This document shows positions 27,294 to 36,698 of a stretch of DNA of 64,000 bases, piece after piece. Each line of letters begins with the position of its first letter. Position 1 is the first letter of the stretch. A program made the position numbers and the translations under genes. The notes under the pieces are model-generated. The model was not told where the DNA came from, made no database searches, and saw only the letters and a program-made list of their open reading frames with translations. Source of the DNA: Latescibacteria bacterium UBA6620 (GTDB lineage Bacteria > Latescibacterota > UBA2968). The DNA lies in the NCBI GenBank assembly GCA_002433075.1, contig DJHM01000011.1:216522-280521 (forward strand). The letters run 5' to 3'.

Positions 27294-28121
27294 CTACGAC
27301 TCCTGCCTCTGAATTGTATCCGCGCGATTCCACAGGTAAGGAGCTTCGAGCATCCGACGAGCTTCCAGGCTCCAATCATCCTCACCGCTGGGCGACGTCC
27401 GAGGGTATCCGCCATCGGGTTCCTCACGACCGTCTTCACGATAACGCCCCACGAAAGCCATATGACCCGGAGTGTAGCGGCAGAAAAGAGCTCGACGTTC
27501 GTGGTCCGCAGTCCACGGCAGGGTACCGTGAGTGAGCGCTTCCGTAAAAATCACCGCCGCGCCAGCTTTCTGGGGGACGGGCTTCAACCACGGACCCGTT
27601 TCCTCAAAGGAAACGAAACTGGACGGGCAGGCAAAGTTGCTCTTATGACTGCCCGGCAACACGCAGAGTCCCCCATCCCCCTCGTCGACATCGCACAATG
27701 CGTATTCGACCACCAGAAGTTCGGAGCGGATTTGCCCGTCCACGACCTCGTAACGGATACCGGGTTGACGAGGCACCCCACCTCCGTGCAATTCGAAGGG
27801 CCCTCCACCTTCCCGCATCAGCATCGCGTGGCCGTGATCATAGCGAAATTGGCTACCTAGAAGGTCGGCCAGATAAGGAAGAATCCGCCTGTGGCCGATC
27901 AGTTGCCGAAAGGGTGCGGAGAACTGATGAAGCGGTCCGGCTGAAATCTGGCGATCGCCATTTCTCCAGATGTCGAAGAATCCATCTTCGTATCCTGGCT
28001 CACGCCAGAGATCATACTCGTCCAGCTCTTCATTGAGAGTTTCAAGCTCCTGTCTCCGAAGCACGTCGTCGATCACCAGGAAGCCCTGAAGATCGAACAG
28101 ATAGCGTTCTCTGTCGGTCAT
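27294..28121 (-). CDS. PhyH-superfamily-like dioxygenase
   Basis: 275 aa. The N-terminus MTDRERYLFDLQGFLVIDDVL is shared with 36699..37493 (MTDREKYLFDVAGYLVIEDVL). Has YDHGH and LTHGTLPW His motifs. Confidence 0.65.
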   Translation of the reverse strand: MTDRERYLFDLQGFLVIDDVLRRQELETLNEELDEYDLWREPGYEDGFFDIWRNGDRQISAGPLHQFSAPFRQLIGHRRILPYLADLLGSQFRYDHGHAMLMREGGGPFELHGGGVPRQPGIRYEVVDGQIRSELLVVEYALCDVDEGDGGLCVLPGSHKSNFACPSSFVSFEETGPWLKPVPQKAGAAVIFTEALTHGTLPWTADHERRALFCRYTPGHMAFVGRYREDGREEPDGGYPRTSPSGEDDWSLEARRMLEAPYLWNRADTIQRQES

Positions 28122-28297
28122 ATCCCTCTCGGTTGCTGACCTTCGTAAGGATATCGGGGCGCAATGGCAAGGTAAACCCTTGACTGCGCTCTCAACTCTC
28201 TTTAGCCTATCTAATGGTACGAGTGAAAGTTGTGGCCGAACACCCTAGGCCGGATGGCTCCCAGTCTTGCCCCTTAACCTCTAAAGAGACCCAAAAA

Positions 28298-29365
28298 ATG
28301 GCATTGCCCGAAGAAGAACAATCGACGGCTTCCCGCGTCCTCGACGATGGCACCGAAACTCGGGACGCGAAAGGCGAATGGACACCCCGCATTCTGGGCA
28401 AGACCATGCCTTTTTCGTGGCCGATTCAGCCCCAGAAACTCGGCAAGTTCTTCCTAGGATTCCCCGGGTTCCTCTGGCCGTTCGGCGCTGCCGCCTACTA
28501 TGCCCTGGGCTATGTGACGTGGACCTACCTTCAGCCCGGGGCCCACGACCCCGCGACCTTCAGCCAGCTGAGCTTCGACTGGATCTGGCCGATGTTCGTT
28601 CGAAACTACGTGATGCTGGCGATCGTCGGCACCACGCTGCACGGCATTCTCTACTGGCGACGTGTACAGGGGAAGCGCTTTAAATACAATTCTCGCTGGC
28701 CCGCCACCGACAGCAAGGCATTCCTGTTCAGGGATCAGGTCTGGGACAACGTTTTCTGGACGATGGTCAGCGGGGGGACGATCTGGACCCTCTATGAGGT
28801 TCTCATGCTGTGGGCCTACGGCAAGGGTTGGGCCCCCCTGATGACGTTCGCAGACAATCCGGTCTGGTTTGTCGTCCTCGCCTTCCTCCTCCCCTTCTGG
28901 CAGGACCTGCACTTCTACCTCGTTCACCGGATTTCTCACTGGAAGTGGCTCTACGACAACGCCCACTACCTGCACCACCGCAACACCAACGTGGGACCGT
29001 GGTCGGGTCTCTCGATGCACCCCATCGAGCACCTGATCTACTTCACACGATGGGTCATCTTCTTCATCATCCCCTCACATCCGATCCATATGTTCTATGT
29101 GATGCAGCGCCCCGCGCTCAACCCGGCCCTGGGTCACACCGGGTTCGACCGACTCGTCCTCAAGGACGACAGCGAAGGCATCAGTATCGATACTTTCTTC
29201 CACTATCTCCATCACCGCTATTTCGAATGCAACTACGGCACCTCCACGGTGCCGCTGGACCGATGGTTCGGCACCCTCCACGACGGCACCCCGGAATCGT
29301 ACGAGAAAATGCGTCAGGCACGGAAACTCCCAAAGGAAGCAGGAGAGGCTCCCGCCTCAGCCTAG
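28298..29365 (+). CDS. fatty-acid hydroxylase/sterol desaturase superfamily membrane protein
   Basis: Start at MALPEEE. His boxes HRISHWKWLY, HYLHHR, HYLHHRYFECNYG. Several TM segments. Confidence 0.8.
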   Translation: MALPEEEQSTASRVLDDGTETRDAKGEWTPRILGKTMPFSWPIQPQKLGKFFLGFPGFLWPFGAAAYYALGYVTWTYLQPGAHDPATFSQLSFDWIWPMFVRNYVMLAIVGTTLHGILYWRRVQGKRFKYNSRWPATDSKAFLFRDQVWDNVFWTMVSGGTIWTLYEVLMLWAYGKGWAPLMTFADNPVWFVVLAFLLPFWQDLHFYLVHRISHWKWLYDNAHYLHHRNTNVGPWSGLSMHPIEHLIYFTRWVIFFIIPSHPIHMFYVMQRPALNPALGHTGFDRLVLKDDSEGISIDTFFHYLHHRYFECNYGTSTVPLDRWFGTLHDGTPESYEKMRQARKLPKEAGEAPASA

Positions 29366-29393
29366 CCTGAAGTTTGCCGGGTCACCCAAGCGT

Positions 29394-29409
29394 AGGGGTT
29401 TACACCCCT
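29394..29409 (+). terminator. GC-rich hairpin downstream of the desaturase gene (AGGGGT-ttac-ACCCCT)
   Basis: Perfect 6-bp stem with a 4-nt loop, 29 nt after the stop; no T-tract follows. Confidence 0.3.
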
Positions 29410-29569
29410 CCGGCGAAGGGTGGGATCTTCCCCCAAGCATGATCGGGCAGAGCAGATGCCCCCGTTGCAACCCGTAAGACCCCCATCCGCATATACGCCA
29501 GCTCGGTAACGGATCGCCCACGGAGACAATCTACGCCTCGATTGGGTAAAGCTTCCCGTACGAATTGTG

Positions 29570-29598
29570 TTGACATTCACCTGGGCATTCTGCATAGT
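29570..29598 (+). promoter_or_regulatory. sigma70-like promoter: TTGACA -17 bp- CATAGT
   Basis: Consensus -35 TTGACA (29570-29575), 17-bp spacer, -10-like CATAGT (29593-29598), inside an AT-rich stretch. Confidence 0.4.
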
Positions 29599-29609
29599 GT
29601 GCGCATCGA

Positions 29610-29629
29610 ATGTTTTATTAATAAAACAT
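29610..29629. promoter_or_regulatory. perfect 20-bp AT-rich palindrome (aTGTTTTATTAATAAAACAt), putative operator
   Basis: Each half is the exact reverse complement of the other. It sits 12-31 bp downstream of the -10, i.e. over the predicted transcription start. Confidence 0.45.
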
Positions 29630-30032
29630 ATGAACACCACATATTACATTTGGGCGGTCCAGTTGTCTCTTTGCTCTTCGGTCTTCGTGTTCAGGGCGGC
29701 CGAAATCATAACCAAGGTCATTTGTAACGATCCAGATGGGAGGATCTCCTGAGTGTTCGTGAGAACACCATTGCAGAACCTCCGGGCTATTCGTCACGGG
29801 GTTGCTCACTGCGACCGAAGACGACCATCCTTGCGGGCGCAAGTTCCCTACTGCTATTGCTCTCGCCCGATGGTGTCTACCTGTGGGCGTGCGTCACGGC
29901 TGTGACGTTGTCAATAATGCTCTCCGAGGCCTACAGCAAGAGACACGTGCTACCACCTGCCGAACACAGCTCGCTTCGAGCGCGGTGGCAGCATCACAAG
30001 AAAGCTTTTCCCATAGAAGAGGAGGAATCTGA

Positions 30033-30383
30033 GTGGAACCACTGTTCCTGTCTGAAAGGCAAGGCAAAAGACCCATGGGTGTCTATCTCTGCCACGCCAA
30101 GCGAATCCACGTCGTCTATGACTTCTTCGATGTCTGTCTCGGCCTGGAAGGGTTCAAGAAGCTGAGGGAAATGGTATCGAGCCTGCTGGTGGATCCCGGG
30201 TCCGCCTCCAGCTTCGCCCTGCACTTTGCCTGTGCAGGCATCTCCGTTCCCCTCGACGACCTCCTGACACTGAGAGGGGTCCTGGATGAAGCCATGGATC
30301 GCGTCGCCGAGCTCGAGCTGGAGGATGAAACACGGAGCGATCCACACGTCGGCAACGACTGGTATGAAGTCGGCACCAACTGA
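30033..30383 (+). CDS. hypothetical protein (lower-GC stretch)
   Basis: GTG start with a strong SD (GAGGAGG, 7-nt spacer). 116 aa; no recognisable family. Overlaps an alternative 102-aa ORF (29857..30165) that has one TM segment. Confidence 0.35.
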   Translation: MEPLFLSERQGKRPMGVYLCHAKRIHVVYDFFDVCLGLEGFKKLREMVSSLLVDPGSASSFALHFACAGISVPLDDLLTLRGVLDEAMDRVAELELEDETRSDPHVGNDWYEVGTN

Positions 30384-30460
30384 AACCCACTCACCCCTTC
30401 GGTTGACCGAGACGACTCAATCACACGCGATGAACCCATAGTACCTTTGAAAGAAGGCCG

Positions 30461-30796
30461 CCGTTGATTACGGTCGCGAACAGAATCTACGTACACCGCG
30501 ACCACGCAGAGGCGTTCGAGGAGCGGTTTAGCAACCGCGCACATCTCGTTGACGGAATGCCTGGCTTCATATCGAACCAGGTCTTGCGTCCCACGACGGA
30601 GGGGGACCCCTACGTCGTCTTCACGCTCTGGGAGTCCAAGGAAGATTTCGAAGGGTGGGTCAGTTCGGACGCATTCCGGAAAGGACACGCGAAGTCAGGA
30701 TCCCTCCCCAAGGGTGCATTCACCCACGAAAACAAGCTGGAGATCCACGAGGTGTTTCTCGACTCGACTCGCCGCCAGGAAGAGGCGCGTGCGTGA
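30461..30796 (+). CDS. ABM-domain (antibiotic-biosynthesis-monooxygenase-like) protein
   Basis: About 110 aa; MPGFISNQVLRP...DPYVVFTLWESKEDFEGWVSSDAFRKGH is typical of the ABM/IsdG-like ferredoxin-fold. Confidence 0.6.
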   Translation, partial: PLITVANRIYVHRDHAEAFEERFSNRAHLVDGMPGFISNQVLRPTTEGDPYVVFTLWESKEDFEGWVSSDAFRKGHAKSGSLPKGAFTHENKLEIHEVFLDSTRRQEEARA

Positions 30797-30807
30797 AATC
30801 GATCCGA

Positions 30808-30987
30808 ATGAGCCTTCTCTTTGCCTGCGTAGTGGGTCTGACCGCACCCGCGCAGCCCCAGGATCGCATACGGATCGTATCTATCGGTGGCGCGGTGACC
30901 GAAATCCTGTTCGCACTGGGCGCGGAATCAGACATCGTAGACTGCGATTCCACAAGCGATTACCCTTCAGGGAACTGCCAAACATAG
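30808..30987 (+). pseudogene. N-terminal fragment (59 aa) of a BtuF/FhuD-like periplasmic binding protein
   Basis: MSLLFACVVGLTAPAQPQDRIRIVSIGGAVTEILFALGAESDIVDCDSTSDYPSGNCQT* has a signal peptide plus the first strand/helix of a cluster-A SBP, then stops. The next gene has its own promoter and RBS. Confidence 0.45.
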
Positions 30988-31033
30988 TGCCCACCATTAC
31001 CTGATTGGTGTAGAATATAGAAAGGAGAGTTTC

Positions 31034-31612
31034 GTGAGTGTCAAAGTGACCACAAATCCTACGATCGATCTTCTACTTAAGCGTCGTTCGCTGGTCGTTG
31101 CCAACATGACCAATCCCGGGCCTTCAGTCGAAGAACTGAGGATAATTCTTCGATGCGCAACACGAGTGCCGGATCACGGCAAGCTGACCCCCTGGCGAAT
31201 TTCAGTCATCCAGGGAAACGCGAGGAAAGAAGTGGGTCAGATCTGGGGCGACACGTTCAGGGAGAAAAACCCGGATGCCACTGAGGAACAGATTCAGGCA
31301 GAATATGAGCGTCCGGCACGTGCTCCGGTGATGCTGGTCGTCAGTACTAAAATCGAGAGTGACAGGGTTCCCGAGTGGGAACAGATCCTGTCCGGTGCAG
31401 CAGTCTGTCAGAACACGTTGGTGGCAGCAACAGCTCTGGGATACCACGCCCAGTGGCTTTCGGAGTGGCCCAACTACGACGACGACGTCAAGCGGGAGAT
31501 GGGGCTGGCGCCCGAGGACCAGTTCCTAGGCTTCATCTACATTGGTACAGCCGAACGCCCCCCGGTGGAACGACCCAGACCTGAGCTATCCGACGTCGTC
31601 TCATACTGGTGA
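31034..31612 (+). CDS. nitroreductase-family protein
   Basis: 192 aa; GTG start after AAAGGAGAG, with a TAGAAT -10-like element upstream. Nitroreductase fold motifs (LLLKRRS, RVPDHGKLTPWR). Confidence 0.75.
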   Translation: MSVKVTTNPTIDLLLKRRSLVVANMTNPGPSVEELRIILRCATRVPDHGKLTPWRISVIQGNARKEVGQIWGDTFREKNPDATEEQIQAEYERPARAPVMLVVSTKIESDRVPEWEQILSGAAVCQNTLVAATALGYHAQWLSEWPNYDDDVKREMGLAPEDQFLGFIYIGTAERPPVERPRPELSDVVSYW

Positions 31613-31652
31613 GTGCTCGTCAGATTCCTTACGAGATGTCTGGACTCGCGAG

Positions 31653-32756
31653 CTAATCAACAGACCTGGCAACAACGAGATCTTCGTTCAGCCGGAACCC
31701 GAGGCCCGGGCCCTCGGGCAGGATGAGATGACCATTCTCGACGCGGCTGGGCGGATAGAGCAGGTCGTTTTCCCATTCGTTTTTTGGTGCACCTCCAGCA
31801 TACTCCTGATAGAGCAGGTTCGGGACCGTCGCACACACGTGTGAGGCCGCTCTCGTGACGACCGGTCCACACCAGTTGTGAATGGCAATGTCGACGCCGT
31901 AGACTTGCGCCAGCGATGCGGTCTTGCAGCTCTCGAGGATCCCGCCGTTCGTACCAGTCTCAGGCTGGAAGTAAGCCAGAGCGCCGCTGTCCAACACAGC
32001 CTTCGCTTCCGCCCGGGAACACGTGAGCTCGCCGGTGGCCAGTGGGATGGACGTGGCATCCGCAATTCGTCTCAGCAGGTCTGGATCGTCTTCTGTTGGC
32101 GCCTCGAAGAAAAGGATGTCCAGCGGCTCTAGGGCTTCGGCGGCCATCAACGCGCCCTCCAGACTGAAGCGGTTGTGTGCATCGATGGCCAGCCGATAAC
32201 CGTCACCGACGGCGTTGCGCACCTGCTCCACCCGTGCGATCTGGCTCGCCAACTCGCGCGGGTCAGGCGTTCCACGGCCCTCGAATGGATCCCATTTGAA
32301 CATCTCGAAACCCGCTTCTTTGGCCGCAACAATTCGTTCGACCCTCTCTCCCCAGTCGTCAGCTCCATCGAAGACTCCGTGGTCTGCGTAAAGGGGGATG
32401 GCCTGTCGCCGCTGTCCGCCCAGCAAGGCGCAGACCGGAAGCTCTGCGACCTGTCCCAGAATGTCCCAGAGAGCGATTTCCAACGCCGACACTGCTGCGC
32501 ACGCTTCGCGGCCATCCGCAATCGGGAGAAAGCGATCGACGAAAGACTCGATCGCCAGCGGATCGCCCCCGACCAGCTCCTGGCCAATTGACACGATGTG
32601 GTTCCGTACGGCGTTGGCTTCTCCCCGCCAGGTGAACCCTTCCCCGATTCCTTCAATACCCTGATCGGTCTGAACCTTGACCATTACCCATTCGCCATAG
32701 CCTCGGGTCGCCTGAATCGTGACGGGCACAACGTTACGAATCCGTATCTGACTCAT
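31653..32756 (-). CDS. enolase-superfamily dehydratase (MR/MLE family)
   Basis: Start at MSQIRIRNV. ALEIALWDILGQ, metal-binding D/E pattern, KWDPF. Confidence 0.8.
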   Translation of the reverse strand: MSQIRIRNVVPVTIQATRGYGEWVMVKVQTDQGIEGIGEGFTWRGEANAVRNHIVSIGQELVGGDPLAIESFVDRFLPIADGREACAAVSALEIALWDILGQVAELPVCALLGGQRRQAIPLYADHGVFDGADDWGERVERIVAAKEAGFEMFKWDPFEGRGTPDPRELASQIARVEQVRNAVGDGYRLAIDAHNRFSLEGALMAAEALEPLDILFFEAPTEDDPDLLRRIADATSIPLATGELTCSRAEAKAVLDSGALAYFQPETGTNGGILESCKTASLAQVYGVDIAIHNWCGPVVTRAASHVCATVPNLLYQEYAGGAPKNEWENDLLYPPSRVENGHLILPEGPGLGFRLNEDLVVARSVD

Positions 32757-32925
32757 CGCTCTTTCCTCACAGTGGAAACTCGCTTCGTGTCGACCGCATC
32801 CAGCTATCTCCCACAACGAAACGATGATAGCCCTCACCCACCCAGGTCGTCAAACCAGTGGGAGGATCTCTTGTTTCCCACCCACCGGTCCCTAACTTGT
32901 AGACCAGAAAAGGAGGTCCCAAACG

Positions 32926-33180
32926 ATGAAGACTCTGGCTCAACTAGTGATGACTGTCCTCGGCTGCCTCGCGTTCCTGGTGGAAACCAGGGCAGAGGAA
33001 CTCAGGGTGGCATTCGGACAGGGTCGCCCACCGTTTGTCTACGAAGTTGATGGGATGTGGGAGGGCTTTGAAATCGATATCGTCCGGGAAGTCCTCGCGG
33101 TCAGGGGGCACTCGATCGAAGCGAAGCGACACTTCCCCAACACCAAGCTGGCCAGGGTTGTGAAACCTCATCCGACCCCA
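32926..33180 (+). pseudogene. N-terminal ~80-aa fragment of a family-3 solute-binding protein
   Basis: MKTLAQLVMTVLGCLAFLVETRAEELRVAFGQGRPPFVYEVDGMWEGFEIDIVREVL... has a signal peptide plus an SBP_bac_3 N-terminus. The reading frame then runs antisense through the fpg-like gene (33184..33978) as nonsense. Confidence 0.3.
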
Positions 33181-33183
33181 CGA

Positions 33184-33978
33184 TCAATGCTGAAGATCGG
33201 GTACCCAGGCGGTTGTTCTCCCCCCGACCTCATCGAAAACCACCTTTTCTCCGCTCCTGGTTACCGCATCCGCCGACCTGCCCCATCTGACGTGGAAAAG
33301 CCAGCTCTTGGGGAACCGGTCCGAGTCCGCGTCCACCGATACGGCCTTCTTGATGACGCTCATCACCGCGCTCCGAAGCCGCTTCACCTCTTCCCAATCG
33401 AGCGATTGCGCCGGACGGCGAGGCGCGATTCCCGACCTGAACAGAACTTCGTCGGCGATCCAGTTACCCACCCCGGCCACGAAGGACTGATCGAGGAGCA
33501 GCGCTTTGATGGGTCCCCGCCGGCCCGCGAGCCGTTCTCGCAGTTGACGCGCGGAGATCGGGGCGATCAGGGGGTCGAACCCAAGCTCACTGATCGGGGG
33601 TTCTGTTTCCGGGTCCCCCACGAGCCGGATTCTGCCCAGCCGTCGGCGATTGTCGTAGACCACACGCCCTGTGGCCGTAACCAGATCGAGCTTCACGTAT
33701 CTCTCGCGCGGCTCGGTTGGCTGAAGCGCCTCGAACCGACCCGTCATTCCGAAATGAAAAACCGGGTGCGGTGGACGATCGAGGATGATCCACGCGTACT
33801 TCCCCCGTCGATCCGTACCCACAACCCGACGCCCTTTCAGCTTCCCCGACAGCGTGCGTGGCGCCACTCCCGATATCACAATTCGGTCATCGGCCGCCCA
33901 GACTTTTTCGATTCGCTCACCGGAGAGAACGCGCTCCGCGATCCGGCGGAACGATTCAACTTCAGGTAACTCTGGCAC
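33184..33978 (-). CDS. Fpg/Nei-family DNA glycosylase/AP lyase (zincless-finger type)
   Basis: MPELPEVE N-terminus (catalytic Pro2, Glu3), H2TH region. No C-terminal Cys4 zinc finger. Confidence 0.8.
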   Translation of the reverse strand: MPELPEVESFRRIAERVLSGERIEKVWAADDRIVISGVAPRTLSGKLKGRRVVGTDRRGKYAWIILDRPPHPVFHFGMTGRFEALQPTEPRERYVKLDLVTATGRVVYDNRRRLGRIRLVGDPETEPPISELGFDPLIAPISARQLRERLAGRRGPIKALLLDQSFVAGVGNWIADEVLFRSGIAPRRPAQSLDWEEVKRLRSAVMSVIKKAVSVDADSDRFPKSWLFHVRWGRSADAVTRSGEKVVFDEVGGRTTAWVPDLQH

Positions 33979-34001
33979 GCTTCACTCCAGTTTCGCTCCC
34001 G

Positions 34002-35273
34002 TCAATCACTCAGCTGACCCGTGGGTACACGAATGTGCGCGTTGGCTTCGGCGACGCTGTCGGCATCCTCTTCCACCTGGCGGTATCCGTAATCGTCGCG
34101 ATCGCCGGCGGCCTGGGAGCGGGCCAGGACGGATTGCTGAAGGGTATCGTGTTCATCCGGGCAGACGTGACGGAGGAGGGGCTGCAGATCGGCAGGTAGA
34201 TCGAGGTATTCGGAGTGGGACAGGGGCCGACAAACCTGGTTGACATTGTAGTTCACGCCAGGGGCAAAGTCGTCGACGGACACCCACCACGGACACCATC
34301 GGTTGACCACGACGACCCGTTGCCGACCGCTGTTGTTGTGCGCGGCGGCCGCGTGCCAGCATCGGGAATCCTGGATGTAGACCGATCCCGCCGACGCCTC
34401 GATCTGCATGTCACCGGGGATGGGTGCCGAGACGATCACGCCGTCGTTCGGTCCACGTGGATTCCGCTTGTCTCTATGCGATCCCGGAACGACCCACGTC
34501 CCCGCCGATGTTTCGTCCACGTCCGTGAGATTCCAGATCATCACGAGACACATCGTGACATCGGGGAACGGCTGTCGAATGCAACCGACGTTCAGACTTG
34601 GGTCGCTCCTCCCATAAGCAGAGAGATCGTGGGGCCAGTCGGTGTGCCACTTGCGGAGGTGAAACGTCTCCGAACCCGATTGGATGGGTTCACCACGCGA
34701 TGGGCGATCTTCGAGGACGCGGATGTGGAGCTGCGCGATCCGCATGTGATCGTCGAGCACCCGTCTGGCGACGGCCGTGACGACGGGATGAGCGAGGTAG
34801 CGAGCGTAGCTCGGCATCCAGATGATTTCACACGGGATCTTTGGCGGATGGCCGACACGCCGGACAGGTCGCAGTTCGACGCCCCTGGCGTTCGCTTCTT
34901 CGAGTAAGGCCGCTCCTTCCAGACCCGTTTCGGAATGCAGGTCTTTGACCGCCTCTAGGTTCCGGTCGACTTTCGATCGAGCGGCGATCGCCTCATCACG
35001 GATGGCCGCGACTTCCTCCTGAGGAATGACATTGTCGATCACGCAGAACCCGAGATTGCGGATCGATTCTGAGCATTTCTCCACAGCCCCCTCGGATGCG
35101 GCATCGAAGGCGTAGGCCCGGGTGAGCTTCAGCTCGGCGGATACAGCTTCGGGATCGGTCGCTTGTTGAAGCTCGTCACGAGCGACTTCGAGCTCCTGCT
35201 CGAGGCGGGAAACTTTCGAACGGAGTGCGTTGACGTCCACGTCTGACCTCTGCTTTGTGTTTGACCCACTCAC
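34002..35273 (-). CDS. PhyH-family dioxygenase with N-terminal coiled-coil extension
   Basis: 423 aa. About 60 aa of heptad-like sequence (NALRSKVSRLEQELEVARDELQQA), then a PhyH-like domain (WHTDWPHD, CWHAAAAHNN). Confidence 0.6.
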   Translation of the reverse strand: MSGSNTKQRSDVDVNALRSKVSRLEQELEVARDELQQATDPEAVSAELKLTRAYAFDAASEGAVEKCSESIRNLGFCVIDNVIPQEEVAAIRDEAIAARSKVDRNLEAVKDLHSETGLEGAALLEEANARGVELRPVRRVGHPPKIPCEIIWMPSYARYLAHPVVTAVARRVLDDHMRIAQLHIRVLEDRPSRGEPIQSGSETFHLRKWHTDWPHDLSAYGRSDPSLNVGCIRQPFPDVTMCLVMIWNLTDVDETSAGTWVVPGSHRDKRNPRGPNDGVIVSAPIPGDMQIEASAGSVYIQDSRCWHAAAAHNNSGRQRVVVVNRWCPWWVSVDDFAPGVNYNVNQVCRPLSHSEYLDLPADLQPLLRHVCPDEHDTLQQSVLARSQAAGDRDDYGYRQVEEDADSVAEANAHIRVPTGQLSD

Positions 35274-35408
35274 GATTCAGGCGAAACGATTAGGTCGTCT
35301 CCACTCAGGGCAACTGTCAGCCATGTGTCATCCCGGTATGCTTCTTGGCCGGGATCCATTTTCCGGCCTTGATCGCCCGCGTGGTTCGAGATCCGGCCCC
35401 CACCCGAC

Positions 35409-36680
35409 TCAATGAATAGAATGGTACTGGTGTGCGTAGAACTCTTCGCAATGGGCCCGCAGAGAGGCGTCCGTCGGGTAATCGTCACCGAAACGGTCGA
35501 CTCGGAGCACGCTCGCATCGATCCAAGGTTCGCGTCCACAGATGATGTCCGCAACGATTCTGCCTGTGCCTGGAGAACGGTTGACACCGCCCACGCAGCA
35601 CCCCGAGAGCACAATGAGACCTTTCAGACCGGCCGGCTCGGAAAGGATGAGCCTTCCGTCCGGAGTCATCGTCGGCAAACCGCGACGCTCACGAACAATC
35701 GTGGCGTCCGACAGGGCCGGGAAGAAGGCAGTGGCCGCATCCCTCAGCTGCTGGTAGTAGATTGGATCGGCTTCCAGTGCGGAGATTTCGAATCTGCGGT
35801 CGAAGTCATCCATGTCGAAGCTGAGGGGGCGATAGCCATATCCGCCGACGAGCAGTCCCCCTGCTTCGGGTCTGACGTAAATCTGAGGTTCGGTGATCCG
35901 AACGATCGGCTGCCCCGGCGAGACATCGCCTATCGGTCCGGTATCGAAGGCCTGATGCCGCACCGCTACCGTGTGCAGATTCAGGCCGAGTCGATGTCCG
36001 AACTGCCGAACCCACGCCCCCGCAGCCAGCACGACCCATTTCGCTTCAATCGTGCCGTCGGCGGTCTCAACGCCCGTGACGCGACCATCCTCAACCAGAA
36101 GTCCGGTCGCCTCCGTACGGGTGCGGATTTCAACGCCACGATCCGCAGCGGCCGCTGCAAAGGCCACGGCCACGGACTTCGGCTCAACGTAGCCATCCTG
36201 CGGGATCGACAGAATCCGACAATCTGCAGGAGGAGCGAAGGTGGGCACCAGCTCCCGGGCTTTGTCGGGTGAGATGAATTCGACTTCGTTCTTCAGATGC
36301 GGGACGGCCGCACTGGCTTCAAGTTCATCTTTGAACTTCTCAGTCAAGGCGACACGTAGGCTTCCCGTTTGTCGAAAGTCGATCGCCCTTCCTGTGCGCT
36401 GCTCGAAATCCTCGAAGAATTCGGCGCAGTACTTCCCGAACTCGAAAGCAAAAGGGTCGACGTTCAGGTAGCCTGTCTGGCCGGCAGCCTGCGGCGACGT
36501 ACCGCTGGCGATCGGTCCGCGGTCGAGGAGAACGACATCCTCCTGGCCTGCGTCGCTCAGGTGAAATGCCGCGCCCGTTCCGAAGACCCCTCCGCCGATA
36601 ATGACGGTATTCGCTGATTTTGGAATCAAAGTTCTGTCCTTGATGTTGCAGTGGTAAGGTGGGTTTGGACATCTCCGCAA
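35409..36680 (-). CDS. FAD-dependent oxidoreductase (DAO/sarcosine-oxidase-beta-like)
   Basis: 423 aa; VIIGGGVFGTGAAFHLS dinucleotide-binding motif, C-terminal GxGxxG-like VVLAAGAW. Confidence 0.8.
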   Translation of the reverse strand: MRRCPNPPYHCNIKDRTLIPKSANTVIIGGGVFGTGAAFHLSDAGQEDVVLLDRGPIASGTSPQAAGQTGYLNVDPFAFEFGKYCAEFFEDFEQRTGRAIDFRQTGSLRVALTEKFKDELEASAAVPHLKNEVEFISPDKARELVPTFAPPADCRILSIPQDGYVEPKSVAVAFAAAAADRGVEIRTRTEATGLLVEDGRVTGVETADGTIEAKWVVLAAGAWVRQFGHRLGLNLHTVAVRHQAFDTGPIGDVSPGQPIVRITEPQIYVRPEAGGLLVGGYGYRPLSFDMDDFDRRFEISALEADPIYYQQLRDAATAFFPALSDATIVRERRGLPTMTPDGRLILSEPAGLKGLIVLSGCCVGGVNRSPGTGRIVADIICGREPWIDASVLRVDRFGDDYPTDASLRAHCEEFYAHQYHSIH

Positions 36681-36698
36681 AGCATGGAGCGAGATGAA

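Noticed and set aside
29567-29752. 61-aa ORF (40 aa from ATG 29630) immediately after the palindrome
   Set aside because: It has no SD and a hydrophobic low-complexity sequence. It is kept only as part of the lower-GC-stretch finding.
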